Shown one piece after another: positions 13,784 through 25,800 of a stretch of DNA of 38,517 bases (position 1 is the first letter of the stretch; the number at the start of each line of letters is the position of its first letter). Below the pieces are notes generated by a model. The model was not told the origin of the DNA, searched no databases, and saw only the letters and a list, made by a program, of their open reading frames with translations. A program made the translations under genes and the position numbers. The stretch is from Catajapyx aquilonaris. Taxonomy: Eukaryota. Where the stretch lies: assembly GCA_000934665.2 (NCBI GenBank), contig JYFJ02000922.1, positions 62,001 through 100,517 on the forward strand, given 5' to 3'.

Positions 13784-16700
13784 GTAATCCATTAATCTCA
13801 AAATAATTCGAACAACAAGTATTTAAGGAAGCGCACACTTCCCCCATGAGTGACTAACCCCTCGTTAAGATATCAAGGGCGATTATTACGAGAATATTTC
13901 GAGAAATATGCCGGATAAATATAGTTGGAGGTTTGTTACCTGACAGGTAACTTGGGATACCAGGATTGCTTCATTTGAATCACGTGACCAATATCCTCCA
14001 ACTATAACACCTCCGGGTCTCCTTCAATGCAATCTCCTTTCTTAGCATTACAGTTACTGCTTCCGCCACCTGTATACTAGCCAACTTGGGAGCACTTTTC
14101 CACACCTAACTCTTGACCAAATGTTTCAGTATCGACGTCCGTGGTCGGCCACTGCTTCAAGCCAAACACTGGTCCGCCTCTCATGCCTTCGGATCTCGAG
14201 CATACTTCCGCACAGGAGTCGATCCGGCGCTCCTTGTCGTCGAAAACGTGCAATCTAAAGACGAAGGTGTTTACAGATGCAGAGTGGACTTCCGCAACTC
14301 GCCCACCAGAAACTTCCAAGTCAACCTCACCGTCATTGGTAAGCGCCAAAACTTGTTCCCCTTGTATTGACCATGTCTCAACTTTTGGTGGGGAGAGGTG
14401 AGGGAAGTGAAATCGGCTTCCCTCATCAGTTGTGCCAATGGCAGTTGTGGTCTGGCCCAGAAATGACAGTTACTCGGCCATTCAGGGCGAATTCCCGCGG
14501 GTGATTAGAGCTCTCCTTTGCTGACATGGGGACTACAACTCCCAACAACTGCGGAGTGTGCGCGCCCCAAAATGTTTAGGGCACGTTTGTGCATGCCAGC
14601 TATTGCGGCTGCCAGCAAAAATTTATCTGAATTTAAAACACGCAGTGTGCAGCAGCCAGTGCCACTGAAACGTGATTCTTTCATTCTGCCGGCTTTTGAC
14701 AGCCTGTACACAGGTTATGTCCACCCAAAAACTCTCCCAGACACAACAGGGTTGAGGCCTAGTATATTAGATCTGTTTCGTTATCTACTTTCCTTCGCGG
14801 CGTTTCAATATGTGGGATTGCGTTCGTCGTACTTTGTGGAACACGTTCTGCGCCATCGAATTTTATTGGTCAGCCTACAAAGCTTTGTAGTTTGACAACC
14901 GAGAAGCGGGCTCCGCAATATTATGTTCTGCTCTGTTGGGGTTTCCATTTTGAAGCCAAATGTACCCAATAGTCGGAATGCTTTTACTCTCCTTGCCAGC
15001 CTGAGCAGGAGGAGTATATGGGGCCAACGCAATTCAATTTATGCGTCATGATGTACAGGGCATGCAACTCAAAATAACGGGGAACCCTATATATCGACTC
15101 GATTCAACAAAACTGCAACTGCAGCATAACTTTGCACTCTCTCATACAAAATGTAACATAACAAATGCATATTCGTCCTGACATGCCATTTCTAGGATCG
15201 CACTCTAGTATTAGGAACTTTTTTATACAGTGATGCATAGAATTTTCACTGCACAATTTTATGGTGTGCATCACCCACAGAGTGCAAGAAAATCAGTGCA
15301 GTATGACATGTTGTGCGACTGGAATTAAAGTCATAATGACCATTGAAAACTCATGTAAATGTGGTATAACATTTCAACATTATTAAACTCTATTATTCTG
15401 TACGAGATTTCCGTTTTTAATACTCAATAAGTGTGATTAGGTTGACGAATAATCGCAGATGACTATTAAATGCTCGTCCAGTAGTGCAAAAATATGCCAA
15501 CACCATAACCAAGTAATCTGTACTCTATCTGAGTTATGAACTTCTGCCCTGGACCATCCACTACCTCTCTCCTCTGGCCCAGCACAAGGGCAATACCCAA
15601 ACTCCTCCAACCGAATCTGGTCGCAATTGGAAGGAACTCGCACACTGCATTTGACGGCCATTGGCATTGCCTTTCTACAATCTGCACCGTCAGCTCCGCG
15701 AATACACAAGAGGGTTTAAAAAATTTTGCACGCCAGTCTCGTCAAAAGCTTCTATGGTCCTTGTTGTTTACGAGCACGAGAAAATCGCCTTATTCCGCTA
15801 CAAGTCGACTCGAAAACAGTCCTAAGCCTATTCCATACCAATGTATCTATTCCCATTCCTCAGGCTGAAGAAAGTCCTCCCCACCCCTACTATATAGAGG
15901 TAAAAAAGAAAAAGTCTTCTCGACATCACCTCTAGGCAAACGACACCGTTCCACACTGCGGATCCAACTTCTCCATCTTTTCAGCCCGACTATAAATCTA
16001 CTTTTGAAGCAAACGAGTCGGTTTGGAAATGTTCTTACCCCGGAGGCATCTTGTCCGAACCAGATGGACTTATTCGACTTTTCTTATATATAGAAGAGCT
16101 CAAGTTCCCATCCCTCAAAAAGAGCTCCCTCACCCGCCCCCTTCCCACGAAAGTCGATGCCTGTGATTTCATAATCTGTGAATGTAGTAGAGAGGTCTAG
16201 GAATAGGCGCCAGAGGTCCCTTAGGAACAGGCGAGCAACTTGGTTTGTTCATTTGGCTCAAGTGATTGTTTCCATGGCTGAGGTCAACACCATCACGGTT
16301 AATGAGATAATCAACGCTCGTGGAATGAGTTGAGCAAGTAATTCAACCTCATGTTCATTCTGGCTTGCCCATAAAAAATTAATACGCTTCATTCTAATGT
16401 TACTCACACCCCAAATTAAAAGTCGCCAAGGCTATATAAATAATTGAAAATCGTTTTGCCCCCGATGGCATTCCGCGGCTTCTGATGTAACTTTGAACAC
16501 TGTTTAACTTCTCATGCTCTACATGGACGAGCCTTATCAATCAGATAGAGCTTTAAAATCTCATTTCGATTAAACGGCCCGAGGCAAAAATGTTCAGCGC
16601 GATCGTGATCATGTGGCGTGTCCAGTAGGATATTTATCACGCCTACGAAGTAAATTAGGACCAAGTAACCATAAAAAGCCGAGTTCCCAGTTATAATTTC

Positions 16701-19700
16701 TTGTGATAACGGAAAGACCAAAGCGTTATTTTGGAGCCTTTGAGATAAGGAAGATGTAGTTTGTAGAAATCAGTTCATACAGAAGAAATGGTCGCGTTAC
16801 GTGCGAGATATCAATAAACTCACCTTGGCGTCTCTTTTCGCTTCCAACAGAACCGCCGCAGGAACCAGTCATCTATGATACTACTGGTCAGGAAGTGGAG
16901 CACGTGGCGGGACCTTACGAAGAAGGTGCTGACGTGGTTTTAACCTGCGAAGTTTTTGGAGGTGAGTCAGTGCTGTCGTGTGTTTTCGAATAAAACCATT
17001 CAAAAAATTACCTGCGAATGTGACTGTGGAATGTAGTATTATTATGCCATCTGCATGTTGCTTTACTCCCCCCTGGGAAGGGCACCTATCAGCTGCACCG
17101 TTGTCTAAAATGGCACCGGCCTGTGATGACAATCCTTTGATTCTTCTTGTGCTTTTTCAGGCAACCCACCGCCTGAAGTTTCATGGCTGGTGAATGGAGA
17201 ATTGGTTGACGCCACTTCTGAACGACTAGGTGGCGCTCTCACGGCCAATCAGCTACGCTTCCCGTCGGCTCAACGTCAACACCTGAGGGCACACTTCACT
17301 TGCCGAGCAGCAAACACTCGATTAACCCCTTTCCAAGAGAAGACCGTGGCTCTGGACCTTCACTGTGAGTCTGCTTTCAAGAACTCAGCACTTCTAGTCT
17401 CCATATAGTTTTTGTCTCCTAGCCGTCATGTTCTTAGGAACTCAAATATGAAGATAGGCCATTATGAAGGGCCCCCAACGAGTTCACTGGAAAACTCTGC
17501 TCAAACGCTATTGTATGATAGAGAGAATCAAAGGTTAAATGTCCGCTAGTGTTACGTTCGCTTTGCCTTTGAAGCAGAAATATCACTGTTCTTAACAGTG
17601 AAGTCGTTATCATGAGACATCCCCAACTTTTTTCTCGCGACTATACAAGCCTAAGGATACTGTATACAAGGTGATCCCAAATACTTGTCCGATTGCTACT
17701 GTGAAATTTTTGTACTAATAAGTTCTTATAAGCAGTTACTCCTTTTGGTGATTATTAAAAGTACGACGGTATCTGCTAATGTTATGTTGCATGTATGGTA
17801 CCCATCTTTTTAAAACCTGAAAATGTGCGATTCGCCTGCAAAAATTGATGTCAATTGTTCCAATTGGCAATTTTGCAATATGAAATTTATTGCAAGTCGG
17901 GCGACACGGCCTTCCACCTCTGAGGTCCCGAGTTCGATCCCCGGCTCGGACAGAGGATACTTATGTGGAGAGAGTTTCGATGGGTTTTCCCGTTTCTTCC
18001 CACTTAAAAAATTTATCACATTACTATTGCAGGCAAATGATTAAAGTCGGTGAATTAAAATATGATCCCCCTAAAAGGCTCAAGGAGGCATATCACGGGG
18101 TATCCATTATAAATTTATTGCAAGGCAGACCTCCGATATATTATTCAATTTGGTCTAATATTAGCAGCTACTATTTTTGATAACCACTGAAAGTAGCAAT
18201 ATAAGAGTTACTGCTTAATAATAAGAAGTTTAGTGCAAAAAGAATCGCAACAATCTGACACGTATTTTGGTCCAGCCTGCATTGTTCATTTTGGGTTAAA
18301 AGTTAAAGCCGACTTGGCTGGCTACCTCAATGGTGAGCTTTGAATGATAGCCTTTTTACATGTCGTTAAACGACCCCTCCAATTTGACCCACATGTGTCA
18401 GTGAGGCCCCTATCGGCACGCATCGTGTCCAAAGAAGCCACGGTTTCCGCCCACACCATGTACCAGGCCATTTGCGAATCTGCAGGCTCCAGGCCTCCTG
18501 CCCGTCTCTCCTGGTGGAAAAGTGGACGCCAACTGGAAAGCGCCAAAGTACAGGTTGGAGTTGCAAAATATCCATACACCTTATTATGATACTAATTGTC
18601 CCATGCCTGCAGGAGTTGTCTGGTGGGAATATCAGCAGGAGCGTCTTAACATGGTCACCTACCCCAGATGATGATGGTCAAGCCTTGACCTGCCGAGCTG
18701 AAAACCCTCTTCTGAATCAAAGTGCTCTGGAGGACTCCTGGAGACTTAGTGTCGTCTGTGAGTATATAAAGCCCTTCTTCTTGGGAGTGACTTTTAAAAT
18801 GTTCCTATAGGAAAACGGTGGCAGTTTTTTGAGGCGGAAACAATAGCTTTCAGTCAGGATTTCTGAGTGGCAATTATGTTAATTCAGTGTAGCGTTAAGG
18901 ATGGCTATTCGAGACGATCCTGCTCTTCCGCTCTTTTTCTGACAATGTCAATAATCAAGTGTTACTAATTTTCTAGGTTTCGCTAAGACGCCAAGAAATT
19001 ACATCATTAAGAATTTTAACGACTGAGGTAATCAATCCAAATGACGCTTGGTACTCGTGTTAATAATAAAGACCTCGTAAAAATCTTCTTCAGCTTTCAT
19101 TACGTCCATTTCAGTAATTTTTATCGTATTTTGGGCCCAACGAGGAGGAAAATTCTCTTGAGCATTGAAGGCTATAGAGTGAGAGTCCCATTATGTAAAT
19201 CAGGGGTCCCCAACAACTAGCTTTGACTTGATGACTGCAATATTTTTTGAGGGTGAAGGGAGGCGTGTGGAGAAATTCTGCAAAGGTTAATAGGCAGTAT
19301 GTGCAAAAATATTAACCGCACCATTGGCTAAGCTGGTCACTGTTTTCATTTTATGGTGTAAGTTTTCACACGTTTGTTGGAGTAAGATTCATTTATTCCG
19401 TCTGACTGAAAACTGAACATTAGCCATCGGATTTTACGCTTGTGCTGAAATGAGGTACAAGGTGAGTAAGTTACTTTTTATTGCGTGCCAGCAAAATCGA
19501 GCTCTTTTAAAAGCCCTAGTCTCTGCCGTTCCTACGCAAAAAAAGTATTTCTTGTTCGGATCAATTAGACTACGGTGCTGCACAGCCAGGCGTACTAATG
19601 GAGTTGGAGGAACAAAATTTGACCTTGCTGCATATTGCAGTTACGGCTTGATTACGTACTGCGGTAGTATTGCGTCTTTCAGAAACCTTCTGCATGACTG

Positions 19701-22700
19701 CATACCTATCCTGACGCTATATTAAATCTGAATTCAAGCAAAGTGGAGGTTGAGGAAAAAAATGACAAATAAAACAAAAGGCTCTTTCACTTTGCTGGAA
19801 TGCTGATAGTTGCACAGCTCTAAATATGTTCATCCGAAACGTTTTTGACAGATAGTAGGCTGCAAAGAGCCTCAAAAAATATTATTCCAATATGTGACTA
19901 CTAGAAGCACACATAATACTGTACAGTACAACCACGTAAATGAACTAGTTTTCCAGAGATTTCATCACGAGGCAAATTCTTAATATAATGTACTTATTCC
20001 CAAAACCCTAAAAATATATTCATGTCCACTGTGGCCTACGAATAGCTGAATTACTCTCATAGCGAACGAATAATAATTTATGAGTACGCCTAGACTAAAA
20101 ATTGAACTGCTTATGTAGGAAAGTAGAGTGGCTGCATATAGTTCAGGTTAGAGCAGTACAGCGAGCTGCACAACGTTGAAGCAACCGTATCCGTAGTGTG
20201 TCAGTGTCTTTCTTCGATGTTTGGGCTAGATGCAGCCGGGGCCGAGCCATGGGCCGTGACAATTTTGATATCCAGAATGACACCAAACAAATCGTAGAAA
20301 TCAATTTAGAAAAAAAAACAGCCATGCTCAGTTGCTTTGGTCTTTATAATGCACAATTACCTGATTAATCAGCAAGGCTTAACTCGGAAGATATTGGTGT
20401 GGGATTCATTCGCGTAACATATTTCATCATTTCCTGGAGTTCAAATTGGCACACTTTTTTGTCGTTGTGAATGATTCTGAATGAAATTTTTTCCATTGAC
20501 CTACATTATATTTAACTTATATTGATATAAAGTTCGGGAAAATCAAAAACCTTTCAGAGTATGGAAAAACATGCAAAAAATGACAGTGCAAGAAATGTCA
20601 CAATTGGGGGGGAAAAAAGGTATCTCCCAAAGGTCGAACGACACTAGTATCTCCATTGAGGGCCGGTTTCACCGAGCTTGGTATATGATAAAACCAGGTT
20701 TCTTTAGGAAAATCCATACAAATAGATAGGGATTTTGAGAAATACCCTGGTTTTATCATATACTGAGCTCGGTGAAACCGGCCCTGAATGATAAAACCAG
20801 ATCGCATCGTGCAGCGACTTTTACCTCCTTCACGTATGGTTGCTCCCAATTTGTTTGCTCCAATGTGAAGGAGAGAGGATTCAGCTGAAGTCATATGCGA
20901 TACGTATCATATGCACACACAAAAATAGAAATGAAAACATAGGAGCCGATTTAGCCCACATGAGAAGTCTTGACAGCTGAGATATTTCATCCCATTGTGT
21001 CAGCACAAATAAGTTGCATCCTATTTCCATCAGTTCTATATGTGGTCCAAAATGGTCTTTCTGTTGCATGCATGCATTTTTCACTGCAGCAAACGCCGTC
21101 AAGGGCCCTCGACTATTTCTAGAAGAGTTCTCTCTCTCCCCCCTCTTTCCCTCTCCTCTCCCCCCTCTTTTTCTCCTTTCCCCATTTTCTCTTCTCTGGA
21201 GTGGTACAGAGGGCAATATTCCCCCGGCTTTCCCAATCAGGCTGTCAACAAGTGCGGAAGAGGACAGAAGCTCCCAGACTACTTTCCTTCATGTTCCCCA
21301 CTTGTCAAATCATGTGCTCCCCCATCCCCCATCCACCCTGCCTCCCCTAGTCGGGACGACTATCACCCCGGAAAAATTAACCATTACGAGGGCAACTCAT
21401 CATGATTATGTTTTAACGAGTTTCGTTCCGCGTTTTGCAAATTGCCCAGACCCACCCCCCTCACCCGCCTCTACCCTCCTCACACTCAAGCTTCTCCTGC
21501 ACTTGTAGGTTCCAACGATTTCGGCAAATGAAACTTAATGAGACGTTATTTAAGCTTTTGTGAGTAGGGATCTCGGCCGGAAACATCGTTATTACAGCGT
21601 GGAAGTATTTCAGTAAATTCCTATTAACAAGGTGCTATTGGAACCCAAGTATGTCTTCAATAAGAGCCTTGATTCATATAAATTAAATGGTGGTCGTATC
21701 AAGTCAGATCCCTGACATAAATTAGGTATTTGCCACACATATATTAGCGTGCTTTAGCTTGAATTTTAACAACCAATGTGCTGAGCCTGGATATAAGCTG
21801 CACGAAAAAATAGCCAGTAAAATGTTAGTGATATAAATGGCAATATTTTCATAATTGTTAAATTAAGCTCTTGCTGCCTTTCACACTAATCGGAGGACCT
21901 GAGGGGCCAACATCGCATTCCGGCCAAATATTAATTTTGGTTTGGTCTGAAACGAGGCAACTAAGACCATGATTTGGAGAAAGGGGGTTGGAAGAAAAAG
22001 ACACATGCTCTGTTATGAGAGTGTGAAGAAACTGCAGTAAATCCCGAGAAAACCAACGTAACCACTGCCAGAACCTTTCGAAACTGTATACCTCACATGA
22101 TCCAATACAGTATACATGACCCGAGAGTCGCACCCAGCACAGCCCAAAATAAGTCAACTCTCTGAGAAGCTCACTGTCACTCTGTCAGTCTTATCCAAGT
22201 AAAACGTAATATTACTTTCAGAGCCCTTTTGATTTATTCCCAATCAATCAAATGGTGCTCTCTTCTTTCACTAAGACTGGGTTGTATTTACGCAAACTAA
22301 TAAATTTCTGATTATGTTTGATTATGCATAACAAGAGATTTTCCCATATTTGCTTTCATAAAACATAAGGCTTAAATCTTAAGGCGTTAAACGATCGGAT
22401 AATTATAACTTTTCAACATATGTTTCGATATTGATATTGCATTCTTGCAATTCTCATCTTTATTTCACTTGTAAAAAATGTTGTCTAGCATATGTAGATC
22501 AGGTTGCCAGAAGGCCGCATGTTTTTCACGTAATGTGTTTTTTTTCCATAGACTATGTTATTCATTAGAGAGTTATGCCTGTTGGACGATTTGTGGGTTT
22601 CATGTTATGGCCCTGAGTTATATTATACGGTAGTACAGTTCAATAAATGCGCATAAGTAGTTAGGTTAGCGTTTTCTCTAGATTCTAGTTGTTTGTGCAT

Positions 22701-22825
22701 TTGCTGGGTTGTTTCTTATTCCGTCCCATACATGAGTACAGTATACCATAATGCTCACTCTTGTGAGTATTGCTTAACTTGCATAGGCCCAACATCATCA
22801 CTGACTAGCTATCCCTTCCGTATAG

Positions 22826-22877
<52 letters not shown>

Positions 22878-25800
22878 ATTTCAGACGCACCTGAAGTACG
22901 ACTGCGCCTAGGAAGCACCTTGGACCCCAGTGCTATCAAAGAAGGTGACGATGTCTACTTCGAGTGCCATATACGTGCCAATCCTCGAGCCCACCGTCTC
23001 TTATGGCTACATAATGTATGTCACATGAATGGAGAGGTGTATTTCTGGTTAGCATCAATTTACATTTTCCATTTTTGAACAGGATACTTTACTTGTGCAT
23101 AATGTGTCCGCCGGAATCATCATGAGCAATCAGTCACTAGTGCTCCAAGGAGTAACCCGAGCAAGTTCTGGTCGTTACACATGCTTGGCCTCTAATAGTG
23201 AAGGAGAAGGTTCCAGCAATGCCGCTCAACTCACTGTCATGTGTGAGTATACAGATATATCATCAGTTCATCACTGGCAGGTGTCCATGTGATTCTAGAT
23301 ATACACGATAACTCTGGACCTGGAGGTGAGGGCAAAAACATTGCAACACTTTGTGATGGTACACCTTATCTGCACACACACACCCACACTCAATCAGACA
23401 TGTTACACATCACATGAAGGGGCGCCCCGAATAATGTTGTACTGACATTGGTGAAAATGATCACTCACAACATTAGCCTATTCGGGGCGACCCATCACAT
23501 ATTGGAACATTTCCACTTTGTCACTGATGGAGATGGCAGGGGGTGCTGAACTGACCAATCCAGGTCCTGAGTCATGGTGTATAGTGACTATAATTGATGC
23601 TGTAGTTAGTGTAGTATATTCACTGTTTTTTTGTTTGTGCTCCTGCCTCACCCCCTATACTTATATCTCAGTTGATCTTGTGCTACACATTAAAAAATAA
23701 TAATACTATAATGTGTAGGCCTAATGCTAATACGAAATCAGTGATTCCCTACTACTGTTGGCAACACATACGATTCCTTATTGTGGATGGAAGTTGGAAT
23801 ACTTCTGAGATGAATGAAATAATAACCTATTATTGTCAGCACTATACATTATGGTTGACTTTATTATTAGTTTATTATATTGGTAGGCCTACGGTACTGG
23901 GTCTTACTCATCTTCTTTTCAGTCATAGTCTGGTAAGTCTTTCCTACATTTCCTTGAAAATAACAGCATTCAATCTAGAACCATAACACTAAATTCCATT
24001 TGAAGTACTGGTAGTTCCAAGGTGAGCTAAATAGTACAACCATTGTGCGAGAGAAAGGTGGGAATAGTCTCACTTCTTCAAAATATGCATATAGGCCTAC
24101 AGTAATAGTGATGATAATACATATGATGGTATCCTCTTTCCATTCATCTTACTGACCTCACTAGTGATACCCAACAACTCTTTTGACTCCAACAGTTGCA
24201 CCTGTTTGCCAGCAGTCAGCACCACAAATAGTGGGTGCATCAAGAGAGGAGATCCTCGAGATACCATGCATAGTGGAGGCCCATCCAGCACAAGTGGAGT
24301 TCGCATGGGAGTTCAGTGGTGCTGGCGAAACTGCCCCTGTGCCCATAGGTCGGTTCCGCAGTGAGGGTTCAAGCAGTGTGTTGAATCATGCCATCATGTC
24401 TGACTTGGACTATGGCACTCTCCTGTGCTGGGGTGCCAATATCATCGGTCCCCAGAGATCACCCTGCATCTTTCAGGTAGTGGCAGCAGGTAAACTGATG
24501 GAGAAGTGCTGCCAGAACTATGCAGCCAGGTTGTCAAAAAAGTAGATGGAATTTTGGTTTGGTTTGGTTCTGCCTTGTACTGCAGTGTTGAAGCATATTT
24601 CATTTCTTCACTATGTAGTTGGCCTTACAGATAATTTTGGAGCAATGACCTTTACACTGGGCCAATTACTACTAGGGCAGAACTGAAAATGCTGATTCTG
24701 TGTCCATTTCTTTGCTTATTGTTTGAGCCCTGTGTGGTACTGTATTTATGCAATATAAAGTTACTACACTTTGTAAGAAACTTGGCCAAAATGCTACAAG
24801 TCATTGACACAGTGTGGTAGCTGCTGGATGCTTTGTGTATATGCCTACTCCCTTGTTACGAGTTTACCACATGTTGCAGTTTAATCCTTATTATTTTAAT
24901 TTCAAAGCAGGCATACAGTGTGTCCCTAAGGGTTCAGATTTAAGAACTCCATTCAAATAAACTTGAACTCTGTACTTCATCTGTTTCATAATCACACAAA
25001 CATTCACAAGATTTACAATACAAAATAAGCCAGGCTGTAACACGTACAATATAAGTAGGCCTCACAAAACGTCGTATGATTTTACAAGCGTATGCTATGA
25101 AGGCATGCTATTCTGCACTAAAACTCTGGATATGACTTATACCCTGCATTTTGGAATTTAGTTCACAGCTACATTTGCAAAATGCCACATACAGGGACAC
25201 TAACAACTAACTAACTAACTTGTAAGTACTGTTGGTGTCCTGAGGGGGGAAAGGAAAGGGAGAGAAGGGAGATGCCCATGGAGAGTGCACCTTCAGATCT
25301 TCTGGCCAACTACAGTAAATGATGGGCTGAGTACCACCCACTTGATTTATGGCATTTCAAGCAATGCAGATGCGAGCTTAATTCTGAAGCACATGGTGTA
25401 GCTCATTATATTTAGTACAATACACAATTAGAGGTTATAGCTAGGTTTACATCACCTAATTTTTTTAATGAGGCACTATTACATTCTACAAATCATGAAT
25501 TTAATTTTGTTACAAACAACTGATACAGTACAATAATTCTAATCTTGAGTGACTTTTTGACACTCTGTATCAGCTATACTGTACTGTACATCATCCCATT
25601 TTCTTGTTGTACAGTTTCCATGCACATCATTGCTTTTGACTGACTTGTGTGTACTTGATGCAGGTCGACCCTTGTCCCTGCGAAATTGCTCACTGACTAA
25701 CCAGACTGCAGATGGTTTGGAAGTGGAGTGTGAACCAGGTTTTGATGGTGGGTTGCCTCAACGGTTCCAAATGGAATTATATGATGCCACAACAATGGCT

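Noticed and set aside
14531..14544. GACTACAACTCCCA, resembling a ZNF143/Staf-associated motif
   Set aside because: Isolated intronic hit with no other promoter evidence
19201..19215. hAT-like terminus CAGGGGTCCCCAAC
   Set aside because: No partner inverted end or 8-bp TSD found
21014..21508. 164-aa Pro/Leu/Ser-rich ORF and overlapping ORFs
   Set aside because: Produced by CT-rich low-complexity intronic DNA; the flanking Side-like exons join without it
22693..22911. Poly-Met ORF
   Set aside because: Translation of the intronic (GAT)17 repeat; the real exon starts at 22885 in another frame
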